Below, one piece after another: positions 48,543 through 60,641 of a DNA stretch of 64,000 bases (its first letter is position 1; every line of letters begins with the position of its first letter). The notes under the pieces are model-generated. The model ran no database searches. It had not been told where the DNA came from and saw only the letters and a program-made list of their open reading frames with translations. A program made the translations under genes and the position numbers. The stretch spans positions 30,818,395-30,882,394 of the forward strand of contig CP154954.1 in assembly GCA_039621445.1 (NCBI GenBank), in the 5' to 3' direction. This DNA comes from Euglena gracilis. Taxonomy: Eukaryota.

Positions 48543-51500
48543 CTGCGTACAGACACAGCGATGCTGGCGGGGAAAAAAATGCTGTTGGGCAGGGGGGGGT
48601 GACAGGGGGGGTGTCAGCAACACGTGGTGGCAACGGAACGGTGAACTGACGAACAACACCAGGAAGTGGCTCTAAACACAACAACTGCAGGAGTCAAATT
48701 AATAATTTACCACGGAAAACAGGCTCTTCTGCTGGGTCTTCGGAAAATGCGTACCTCGTCCAACCCAAGATGATATTTGCGGCGCACCAGGAAACTCACA
48801 AACAGAAAACTTGAGGGGTCCAACAAAGACGCCCAGGGGGGCTCCAGGGTGTGCCACACAGCTGGGACGAGCCCCACACCGCCGGGGCGGGGGCGGGGGC
48901 GGGGGCGGGGGCGGGGGCGGGGGCGGGGGCGGGGGCGGGGGCGGGGGCCAGGGCCGGAGCGGGGGGTGACGATGCGGCCGGGGCAGCCGCTGCGGTCTCC
49001 GCCGGGGGGGCAGTGGGTGGGGCCACCGCCTCCTCCTTGACCCAGAACGGGATGAACGGCTGCGGGCGACGCCAGCCCCGGGGGGGGGGGGTGGCCCACC
49101 TCCTCGGTTGCAAACCCTGTTCTTGGTTCTTGTTCTTGTTCTTGGTTGGGGTGGAAGGCGTTGCCTGCCGGCCCCCAGAGTTCTAGCTGGAGGGCAGGGG
49201 GGGGGGGCTGGCGTCGGAGGGGCATAGGGGTTCAGCTTGGAGTTGGTCGCCAACACACTCCTGCTGCCGGGCAGCCGCTGTGGGGGGGCAGGGGTGGGTG
49301 GAGGTGGAGGCAGGCAGGCAAGGACAGTCATCCCCTTTTTTTGGTCTCCGGTGGGATCCGGTGGGATCCGGTGGGATCCGGTGGGATCCGGTGGGATCCG
49401 GTGGGATCCGGTGGGGTTCCGGTGGGTTGCCTTGGGGGGGGGGCTGGGGAAAAAGCACACGCAGCAAGGTGGATTGACCGGATAATCTTGTTGCATCATG
49501 CAGTGGGTGCACAGCATAACCACATGCATGGCCCCCGGGGTCAGGGTCTTGGCCTCTATTTTTTTTGTCCCACATGAGTCACCTTTTGGCTTTGTTTAAT
49601 GGGCCCAGCCAGGTGCTCGGGATCTTTTGCCCCGTCGCCACGTGGGATCACCACATGACTATGCAGTAATAGTGAATAGGTCCTTGTTTATGTAACAGAA
49701 AGCCAAAGCCTGAAGAGTGGAGTCGTTCATATGCAAACGGTCAGAGGTTTGGATGGGTTGAGAAAGCACACATCCAGCAACCTCCTGGAAAGGGTTTTAA
49801 ATGTTAAGTGCTTTCTCAATCATGTCCAAGCAAGGAGAAAGACCGCTCGGCCTGTGCAGCAGACCGGGGGGCCAACAAATAGCCGATGGCTATGGGTGCT
49901 AAAATTGGAAATTGACTTGTAATCCAGCCATTTCAGAAATGCTCTCACTTGGCCCAGAGGGCGCCTGTCATAAAAATCTGGATTGAAATGAAAATTTTCT
50001 CTTTTGTTATTTTTAGCAAACCGTTTAATGTCTTTCACCAGTTGTTAGCCCCATTTAGATTTCCTCGGCGCCTTTCACTTGTCATTGGGCCGGAAATAAA
50101 AAAAAATAGAGATGAAATGGCTGTCCATGCGCGTCTTCCACCACTGCACCCTGCCAGCAGTGGAGGTTGGGGCAGGAATCTGGGGAGGAAGTGTGATGTA
50201 CTTCTCCCATTCTGAAGCATCCACAAGTGGGACAAGGCTCTTAAATGTTGCCACTGCTGAAAGCTTTGACAACGTCGCGACAGAACTCTTCCTGTTTGGA
50301 ACCCTTGAGCAAAAAAGATTCCATCGTTGCCCTCGCAGGTCGCTTGGGAGAGGGTTCTTCGCCATCGTTCTCTCGTTTCTTTGGAGAATCCAATGGGGCT
50401 TGCAACTGTGCAAGGAAAGAAACTGGGTAAATGCAAAAAAAAATCCTATGCACCTGGATGACTATCGGTGCCTGAGATTGTTGTACTGGTTGTGGTTGTT
50501 GTGATGCTTTCGCATCCCTCAGCTTGACTTTCCGACAATGTTCTGTCTCAAAGAATTTCTTCTCCCCATCCCCACCGGAGCGATAATAATAGCCATTGCA
50601 ATGTTGCTTCAAAGACGTGCTGCTGGGAACCAAGAATTTAGCACATAGGGTGCAATACACTTTCCCTGGAGCAAAGCAACGGACTTTTAACAAACTAATC
50701 CTTTGTGAAACAACACCTGGGAATGTGTTTCCTTCATGATCTGTGACTGTGATGTCAGTGAATCCTTCGCTTGCAGCCCAAGCAACCCATTGCTGTACAT
50801 CCCTCTTTGCAGCATGAGACCTTGGGGCCATAAATCCAGAAGAAAAATCTGTGCAGGGAAAAAATGCCCGGTGGGATCCGGTGGGATATCCCGTGGGATC
50901 CGGTGGGATCCGGTGGGATCCGGTGGGAACCCACTAGTCAAATGGTCAAGAAATCCCCGGTGGGATCCGGTGGGATCCGGTGGGATCCGGTGGGATCCGG
51001 TGGGATCCGGTGGCTGTCCTTGCCTGGAGGCAGGGCCTCAGAGCGAGGCGTTCCCCACTCTGATTCCCAAAAAGGGACCCCACCCACTGCCCATGTGGTC
51101 CAGCGTGAAGCAGCACACAAATGGAAAGTCCCAAATATTCAAGGCTTGTTCATTGCCATGTTATGTTCGGGGGAGCGGAGGGCGAACCACCGGGAGGGAA
51201 TCCACACACCTTCGTTGCGGGGGGCACACTCTCCTCTGGGGCGGGCACGACCTCCTCCGCGGCGGCCGAGGGAGAGGTGAGGCCGTCGCCAGCCACGGGG
51301 GTGGGCGCCTCCTTCTCCTCCAGGGCGGGCCGCTCCAGCCGCAGCTGCTTCATCGCCTTCCACGCCTCGTACCTGAGAGGGGACCAAAGGGGAGGCGGTC
51401 TGGGCGGGGGGAAGCGGCAGAGCCAAGCTGAAACCAGGCGGGGGTGCTTCTTCGGTGGCATGGCGTGGTGACGACGCAGCTGTTCCCTAAAACATGGTAT

Positions 51501-53824
51501 ATCCCCTCCGGTTTTGTTTTGATTTGCGAACATGCACATTTCAACCTATTCCCCAACGCCAATGTACAACATGTCCACTCGGTATCTGCCTTTTGGCGGA
51601 AGGGAGAGGCAACGAGCGGAACAGGCGTCGGGGGCTCACACCGGGTCACGAGGGAGGGGTGGTCACTCAGCCAGACGAAGCCCTTGAACAGCGTCGGGTT
51701 GACGCCGCCGGCCTTGTCCGCCGCCCAGTGCAGCGACAACACCGCGTCGCGCACCGTGATATGCGGGAAGAACGCCACGCCCTGCAGCTCCTTGGGCAGC
51801 CTGGGCAGCATGGGGCGGGGTCGGCACCGCCCATGATGTAGGCGGGCACATGCACGTGTGCGCACGTGTGTCAACGTCACATGCGTGCACACGTGTGCGC
51901 GCACGTGCCTGCGTGCACATGCACGCACGATGGGGAATGCCTGAAGGCAACAGAGTAAAATAATGCATTGATGGGATGGTTCTGGACAACCTGGAAAAAG
52001 CCTGAAAATTTGCCAAGAAATTTTTGCGGAAACCCACAAAAAGGCAAGGAAAAATTGAACAACATTTCTTCTAGAATCTGTCCCGTTCCCAGTGCACACA
52101 CTTCCATCGCGTTGCAGACTTTTCCCTGCACATCAGGTTCTGCAGCAGAACTTGAACAGACCACATCTCCTTGCGATTTGATTAAATTGATACAATGACT
52201 CACGTGTGAACACAGCAATGGATTCACCACCCTACAGCAAACAAAGGTCCAAAAACCCCCCCAAAAAGAACACAACGAAGAAATTAAATGCCACTGAACG
52301 GAGGAAGGAATGAGAGGAGTGCTGATGTGCCAATGTTCGTGTTCCAGCCCGTGGGGCCCTACGGGCTTCACAGACCGGAAGGCGAGCCCCAAGTCCTTGG
52401 CGTTCTTCTGGAAGCCGACCATGCCCCCCTGCAGGTGGATCATCGCCGTGATGACGTCACCCACGGCCCAGGGCTCAGTGTAGGCCTCCGACTTGTCCGC
52501 CGTCCGCTTCGTTCCTGTGGTAGAAGCACTCCAGGCGGGCCATCAATCCACCGGCAAATGCAAGAGACAATCTCACAGCTGAGAAAATTGCCGTTGTTTC
52601 GAATGAACATTAAGGCGTATGTCTGCACATTGTCAACTCCAAAAAAAATTCAGGGAATTATTTGAAAATAATTTTGGGAATGAGTCATCAGGCTGGCCAT
52701 AGCTCCTTTTTTCTTTCTTTGCGCGTTGATGTTTCTTCTCTCTCACCTTGTTTCTCTCCTGTTGTGAACCCTTTTGATTCAGCACTGCGGGCATTCCTTA
52801 AATGTCCACAGCTGGCATTTTGGGGGGGTGCCAACTCCTCAAAGCACTCAAAACACATTTTTCTTGCGGAAAGCATCAAATAAATCATAAAAATACCATG
52901 CTTGACCATTTCAAACAACTTTCTAATTATTCTCTGATAACATTTCTAAATATCACCTCTCTAACTTGGAACATTTCTGTTTAAATTTCAATCAACTCTC
53001 GGGGCAGGGGCAATCAACAGCGAAAGTTCTGGCAGGTGTCCCCACTGTGGGTGTGGTGCAAGGCGGGGGCTCGGCCACACCGTCGCTGTACAGGCCGAAG
53101 GATGTCAGCGTCCGGCCCAGCGTCATCTGCGAGTCCACCGCCCCCCAGCCCACCGCACACTCCCCTGCCTGCACCACCTTGACGGAGAACACCGCGCAGC
53201 CCTTGTCCAGGCCGTGGGTCGCCTGCGCTGCGGCCCACTGCGTCGGGTCGGCGGCGTGGCAGACGGAGGGGGCCACAAGGCGGAAGTTGTGCTGCATCCT
53301 GTGGGGGGGGGTACCCGTGAAAGATGGGGGGGGGGGCATCACTGAGGAAAGGGAGATTGTACAGAGATCCAGGCTGTGCGCTGCGGCAGAGGCAGGACAA
53401 ATTCTTCAGACGGCCCATTAAAATGACGTCCATACTGAACTGTGCATCTCAGGAATGGCAACGATACTCAATCAATGCAAGTAGATTTAGCTTGCTCGCA
53501 TTCAAGCAAAGCAAACTCAAATCACAATATTCCCTCCCTGGCAATTTGTCCCCTTCGGGAACTTTGTCCCAATGACGCCGCATCCCCGCAGTAATGCACC
53601 ACTTGAGCTGGGAAACGGCGGTGCCCTGCCTCGGTGGGATTATGAGGATGGGGAGGCAGCAGACCGGTCACTCAGGAAGTCAGGGTCCAGGCTGGAGACA
53701 TCTGGGACGTGCATTTGGATGGCCTTCTTGCCGGCCGGGGGGCCTGGGACAGCGGGGACGCCCCAGTCAGTCCTGTGTGAGGCGATTTGAGTGGGTTGCC
53801 ACAGAACTCCCCCCCCCCGCCCAC

Positions 53825-53857
<33 letters not shown>

Positions 53858-56800
53858 ACACACACACACACTCTCTCTCTCTCTCTCACTCACTCACTCA
53901 CTCAGACTCATCTACACATCCCCCCACAGTGTGTGTGTGTGTGTGTGCGCGCGCGCACACACACGCGCGCGTGTGGGTGGGGGGGGGCGCGTGCATGTAC
54001 AATACTTTACAGGCGGTGATGCTGGTCCCAACCGGTGTCTGACTTATATCTGTCTGGGGGGACCACCCCATGTGCAACCCCCCCCCCGCCCCCCTGTGCC
54101 AACACTCACTTAACGCCCTGGGGTTCAGCTCAGAGGCTGGAGCATTGGGTGGCTTGAAAAAAAACCTGCCAGCTGCCCCCCCCCATTGGGTTCCCTTGGA
54201 TGGAGCTACCTGAATTGGGGATATTCCCCAAAAAACTGTATACCCAAAAAAACAATTTTTGACCCGAAATTTACCCAGGCTAGCCCATTTTGCCCATTTT
54301 TGACGCATTTTTGCACCTCTGAAAGCGAAAAATTCTTTTCCATCCAGCCTCTGCATTAACAGGCATACACTCATATACATGCATTATTCCACATACACAT
54401 CTATTCATGTATATATGGATGCAGACATTTGCACAACAACACCACCGGCAAAAACAACATATGATGATGATGATAATGATAATGATAATGATAACGATAA
54501 TGATAATGACAATATAATCCATGCACTTGCACGCTACAAAATTATATATTTTTCCGCACATATACATCCACATGACAGCATCACTCTTAATCCCCCCCGC
54601 CCGAGGGGGGCCATTAAGAGTGATCAGGGGAGGGGTCTAAAGAACATTTTGAGTTATTGATGGAATAGGGTTAGGGTTACGAGTTCGGCCAAACTTTAGG
54701 CCTAACTTATAGACCAGTGTTCGGTGTACAAATCAGGCCTAAAACTACCCCCCCCCCCCTATGTCCAATGACCGGTAACCTCTGTCCTCTGACTGGGGGG
54801 GGTGGTCGTTGGACATGGGTTAGGGGCGAAAGGGGGGGCGGCGGAGGGGGGGGGGGGGTGGTCGTTGGACATGGGGTCAAAAGAAATTTGGTGGGTACCC
54901 AGGTCCCTACCCACCGAAAAATGCCCAAATTTTCCCTTCCGGCGCTTTGCGCCGAAAATTTTGGGCAATTTTGACAAATTTTTGTTCAAAAAGTGTCAAA
55001 AATGGCATTTTGGCCAAATTTTTGGCCAATTTTGGGGCAAAATTTTTCGTCCCGGCGCTAAGCGCCAGGACCAAAAATTTGGTCAAACCTCCGAAAAGGT
55101 GTCCTCTGACCGGGGGGGGGGGTGGTCATTGGACATAGGGGGGTCGTTGGACATAGGGGGGGGGGTAAGCCGAACTCCCAACCCTAGCCCTGTTCCATCA
55201 ATAACATAACAAAATTTGACCCCCCCCTGATCATTCTTTGTGCCCCCGGGGAGCCATTCAGAGTGATGCTGCCAGATATATTGTGTGACATATTTGGCAG
55301 CCAGTGACTTGACGACTCCCCCCCCCCAGGGGGGGGGGGTCGTTACATCCGTCCGGGGATCAAATTTTGGGGTTATCGATGGAATAGGGTCAGGATTGTG
55401 TGTGTGTGTGGCAGAGAGATTTACTTGCTCCCGGGGGGGGGGGCAAGAAAAATCTCCAGGAGGGGGTCAAAAATTTGTTACGTTGTTGATGGAATAAGGC
55501 TAGGGTTGGGGATTTGATCAAACTTTAGGCCTAATTTGTACGCCGAAGACCAATCTGTAAGTTAGGCCCGAAACTAGGCCTAACTCCTAACCCTAACCCA
55601 ACTCCATAGGCCTAATTTTACACGACCGCCCTGGATATACTAGCCACCCTGGGCAAATAAATCTTGTTGCCATATGTACACATATAGATACACATGATAA
55701 TATGCACATGCATACTCATTTAATATAAACACGTAGACTGGGAGTCAAACAACTTCAAAGCAGGTATTAATGCAAAAAAATGATCAGACCCGAAAAAATG
55801 TGCTCTACGACCTTGTCTCAGCCAGACACCATGAAACCTCAGAGACTGGCTGGATCCTGGGGGGATGGGATGGCAGTTGCTTGACAACCGGGGGGGGGGG
55901 GGTCCTTGAGCTCAGAGGCTGGAAAATCTGGCTGGAAAACCCACGGTAGAAAAGCGTCAGCTGGGATCGACAGGGTACAAAAAAAAACTGAAACTGTGAC
56001 AACTCCAGAGAATGATGCATAAAAAAATCAAATTTTGAGATTATTTCCAACCCATTTCTGCCACGTTCATCACACTTTGGCACTCAGCGAGGTAAACTTT
56101 AGGCGGGAAAGGAAATTAAGTTTTGTCGATGGGGCGAGAGGAGTCCAGGGCGGGGAACAGGCAGATGCCTGGCAGAACCCAATGGGATCCCCTGGGCTGA
56201 AGCGACCCACTGTTTGCCCCTGTTTAGCCGGCTCTGATCGAAACCGCAGAATTTGCGGACCCTGCGCTTTGCGACGGTCCCCACAACAAACCCCGGTCTT
56301 CCCCTTAGCCCCCCCCCGGCAAATCCTACAGCGAGAATGGTTCTGTGTCCCGCCACCGTTGGGGGGACAGAGGGGCACACCTCCCGCGACCGGAGTGGCA
56401 GAGGGAGCGGCGGGCTTCACCGCCACGTGCGTCACGGTCACCGCCGGGGCTGGCGCAGCGGCCGCCGGAGGCAGACGCCTCGGATGTCACTCCTCGGATG
56501 CCTCAGATGGACAGCACGTCATGGAAGCTCCAGTCCCCGGAAGCTCAAAGGCACGCGAAACCCCCTTTTGAATACTATTAATCTTTCGTTAACTAAAACT
56601 TTGCGTAAAAAATCTGCACACTAAAAAAAAACTAATATAATTGTAAGAATACAATATCTAAAATGTATAAACCCTTCTCCACAACCACTGATGTTTAATA
56701 AAAAAAATAATACGGGGGGGGACTTGGACTTAAATAAAATGGCTCAAAAAATTGAAGCTGCAAGAAAATTGGCTGCCTTGGCCAAAACAGTAGAAAAAAG

Positions 56801-59800
56801 TTAAAGCGTCAGACTTAGGCGGCCTATCTCGCACTTAGCTTTGAAACTGGCTGGGAAATTGTGCCGATGCGCAATGTCCCAAAAAAAAGTTCTGCATTTC
56901 AACACCGAGGCCTGACGTCCAGGACAATCCGAATTTGTCTGTCCCTACAGCCCCAAGGCCTGGGTGCAAAAGCAATGACTTAGAACTCTACAGTCTGCAG
57001 ACACAGGGCTCCCAGGCCAATGGGCACACTGGTGTTCAATGAAATTTAAGAGTTCCATTGCGCAAATGCGCATTGGACATACAAATTTTTTTGAATTTTA
57101 ACCAGCGCGCAAATGGCAATGTAACTGCTTGAAACGCATCGCACGACGCAGGGAGAGAACGGCCGTGGTTGAGTATGAACACAGAGTATAGAGCTATAAA
57201 ACCCCAAATTAGGAATCACCTCCAATCAGCATCAGTTTCATTAACACCATGGGAAAAAATGTTGGAATTGTTCGAAAAAATTGTGGGTGAATTTGGAGGC
57301 CTCGGTCAAAATTATAGGAAAAAATTGGAATGATTTTGTTCCGCCTGACGTGTCCATCCCAATGCAATCCATTCCCCTTCCCCCCGCACCGACCGTGGCC
57401 CCCAACAGGAGCGCCCCTTCCAGCAGCCCCTTTCCGATGCCGTTCCCCATCCCCCCCTGTACGGGCCTGGCCCACGGCGCCACTGTGCTACCAAGCCCCC
57501 CCCCCCATGTGGCGGCAGGACTCCGAGGCCGCCGAGGCGCCTGGGCGGCGGTGGGGCGGGGCCGGCGGCCTGCCCCTTCGGCTTCGGCTTTGGCTTCGGC
57601 TTCGGGGCGGCGTCCGGGGCGGGCGGGGCGGCGGGCGGCCCCACCTGCGCAGGGCCCCAAACTCCGTTGGCAGGAGCCCCCGACGGCACACGGCACACAG
57701 TTTGGGGGGTGGCCGGCGGAGGTGGCCACCCCACAGGCCTTGGGTCGGTGGCGTTGGGGGGACCATATGCGCCCCGCGCCTCAACGGACGGGCATCGCCC
57801 AGCGGCTGCTGAGAGGTGCGGCCATCCGTACATGGGGCTCGGGCTGGCGGGGGTGGCGGGGGAGTTCAAATCAAAATTCCATTAGATGGGGCATTTCAAG
57901 GGCTTCAATTTAGGTCTCCGGACTTTTTACTAAGTTTTGCTTCGTTTTCGAGCAATTTGGCATTTCGCGATTTTTGTGCCCCCCCCACACAACGGCCACC
58001 CAAAATGGCCGAAAAATGGCCGTTTCTCGTCTGCGGGCGGGGTACGCCGTAAAACCCCCCCCCAAAAATAAGACCCCCCCAAAAAATAAGACCCCCCCCA
58101 AAAATAAGACCCCCCCTGGGCCGATCGAGCAAAAATCCAAAAATAAGACCCCCCCCATAAATAAGACCCCCCCTGACGGCGCGAAGCGCCGGGGACGGTG
58201 AAAATTTTCCCTGAGAAATTGCCAAAAACCCAAATTTCACACACAAAAATGATGAAATTTCAAAAAATTTCAGATCCTTGAAGTGCAAAAAACATGCTAA
58301 ATGTCAACTGACACAAATTTACACATGGCGCGAAGCGCCGAAGGAAAATTTTTAATGTTTTTGGGAACCTGAAAAATGATGTTTTTTTCGGGCCCGGGTC
58401 GGTCAAGAAAAAATCCAAAAATAAGACCCCCCCCAAAAATAAGACCCCCCCTGGAGGTTTCCAGCAACGGACCCAAAAATAAGACCCGGGTCTTATTTTT
58501 GGGGGGGGGGTTTACGCCATCCGACACACAGCCCCAAGGCACACCGCAGGGGAGGGGCCAGTGGGGGACGAGCCGGTGGTCGGGGCGGGGGGCGGCGGCG
58601 TGCTCCCTGGCAGACCGCCCCTCCGGGGGTGTTCCGGCGGTCGTGCCTCGCACCTTCCAGTCCTGTGAACCCTGGCGGCGGGAATTCGAACATCTGACCC
58701 ACAGGGTGACGTGATGCATGGGCCAGCGATGCCGGGCAGAGTTCCATCCAAAAGAATCCAGAGAAACACAAAATAAAGCAAAGGACCAGGAGTAGCCAGC
58801 ATTTCCCTCCAAACCTTCAATCCTTTTTAAACAGAAAGAAACCAAATATGTATGTCACACAGCTGGACAAAACGTTCAAAAAAACTTCTTACCGCAAATA
58901 CGGAAACCTACTTATGGAGAAAAGGGCAAGAGCTGAGATATCTTTCTCCGAATTCCTATTTCAGTTGTTTCCAGTTTCCTCGGCAACTCACAACAATTTG
59001 GAACCCCCTATCTAATGACCACAATGTTCCTCACTGACTGGGGGGGGGGGGTGTTAACCCCCCCCAAATAATGCCCCTGGGATATTATTTTTTGCCCAAA
59101 GCCCAACGGGGGGATATTATTGGCATGGGTAATGGCTCCCCAAATTTTTTTCCGAAATTTTTCGATTTTACCCAGAATAGTACCCAAACCCCCCCTTTGG
59201 GGTCGTTGCATTTTTGGAGACCCTGAAAAATCGATTTTTGTGTAATTTATTGTCAGATATTATGATTTTAACCCACATTTTCAGGGCAAAAGCCAGGTAG
59301 TCAGCCCGAAATTGGAGGGGGGGGTGTATTAACTCAGCAAGCGAAGTCGGACCCCGAGGGGGGGGGATAATTTGGGGGGGGGGCGGGTGTATGGTATTAT
59401 TTGGGAGGAGGGTTTACACAAGGGAGGCGAGGGGACCCCCCCTTGTCAAAAGAGGCCTAAGGGGGTCAGCAAAGTTGGCCATAGGTGAGGGTATATGGCC
59501 ATTCAGGCTGCTTTTGGGCCTTTTTTTCGCTTTTTAAAAAAAATCATCACCTCTGCCACTTTTGGCCATTTTTTGAAATTCTTTGATTGGCAATTTATAG
59601 CCAACGTATACGCAGCTTTGGCCATCCACTTTATTGCAAACTTGCACAAAGCAGCCACTTTTGGGATTTGCACCAAGTTTAGCCATTTCGGTATTTTGTA
59701 ACAATTTTGGGGTATCATCCTGTCTCTCTCGTGAAAAAGCAAAAAGAATAAAAAAAATCACACAAATCTTCCCATACTCATGGAACCAATATTGCATCTA

Positions 59801-60641
59801 AAAGATCGCATCGTTGACCGGGGGCTGGGGGTTCTTTGGTCGCTGAATGACAGGGGGGCACAAAAATCAAACAGGATGACAGGTTCCTCATAATTTTTGT
59901 TCATTACCTCCGCACACCAAAAAAACAACAACAAGGCAAGGCGTTGGGTTGAAGAGGCGGCCTATCCGCGCCAGCCTCCGGTGCTGACACGTCCGCCTTC
60001 TTGCGCCGCTCCCGCTGGCCCTTCACCTCGTGCGCTTCTGTGGTGGGCTGTAAGGAGGAACCACGAGAGAGAGGGCGGTGGACACACCCGCACACACCCA
60101 CACACCGAGCTCGAGACACACCATAGATCCCTCTCCTCAAATAAGCCCCGGGTCATATTTCTGGGTCCGTTGGTGAGGGAACTTATAATTTGTGCGGACA
60201 AAAGAATCCCAAAAACACATAAGAAATATTGTGCCTGCACAAAATGATGTTAATTTGAGATTCACATGATTGTTCGTGTGAAATTTGAGATTTCACACGA
60301 GATTTCACATTTCGCATGATTTTTGGATCTGGAAAATACCAAGAAAGAAATTTCAGCATTTCGTGGCTAAAAATAAAGATTTTCAGCACTTCTTGAGGGG
60401 GTTTCACCGCCCTGGCACCTCGCGCCATCAGAGGGGGTCTTAAATGTTGGGGTCTCCTCCTTGCACTTTCTGCTGAGTTGGCAAGGGGGGTGTTGGAATT
60501 GGGGGTCACCTGTGGGGTGTCCGGCAGCGGCTGGGTTGGAGATGGCCCCGGCGGCGGCTCCGGCGGCGGCGTGGAGGCGTCCACCGGGGCCCCGCCGGCC
60601 TTCTTGCGCCGGTCCCGCTGCCCCTTCACCTCGTGGTCCAT
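47245..60641 (-). CDS. Multi-exon gene: Pro-rich N-terminus + SPRY + PAM2-like motif + DEAH helicase start
   Basis: In-frame spliceable exon chain from 53298 to 47489, including 51372-51210, 49277-49220 and 49061-48880. Upstream Pro-rich exons lie at ~56380-56500, ~57510-57844, 58544-58662, ~59940-60047 and 60510-60641 (candidate ATG at 60641); their linkage is less certain. Confidence 0.7.
47598..47731 (-). other. Euglenid nonconventional intron
   Basis: Starts GCT-CAG and ends CTG-TGGGC|G; removal gives the conserved IIVTQPRR. Confidence 0.85.
49062..49219 (-). other. Hairpin (nonconventional) intron splitting a PAM2-like motif
   Basis: 13-bp perfect terminal stem CGACGCCAGCCCC/GGGGCTGGCGTCG offset by 3 and 5 nt; removal gives SKLNPYAQPFIP. 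Confidence 0.65.
49315..51026 (-). mobile_element. Internally deleted hAT transposon (degenerate transposase) inside a GT-AG intron
   Basis: TIR CAGGCAAGGACAG / CTGTCCTTGCCTG; perfect TSD gaggcagg; GGTGGGATCC arrays at both ends. ORF 50831-50241 has a BED/CGGBP1-like finger (VYCTLC…LKQHC…EHC; FCRDVVKAF). A hAT dimerization motif FPILAPIAIGYLLAPRSAAQAERSFS lies at ~49910-49825. Confidence 0.92.
51642..53298 (-). CDS. SPRY domain (DDX1-like), three GT-AG-flanked exons
   Basis: Exons 53298-53081, 52514-52376 and 51800-51642: QWAAAQATHGLDKG…GECAVGWG…LGRTLTSFGLYSDG-TK…GDVITAMIHLQGGMVGFQKNAKDLGLAFR-LPKELQGVAFFPHITVRDA. The KNxKDLGLAF motif recalls the DDX1 SPRY domain. Confidence 0.85.
54576..55271. 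mobile_element. CAG…CTG element enclosing long inverted repeats with TTAGGG-like motifs
   Basis: CAGCATCACTCT / AGAGTGATGCTG. Inner inverted pair gttattgatggaatagggttagggtt…gagttcggc (54653-54689) vs 55169-55205; related copies at ~55370-55610. Confidence 0.6.
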
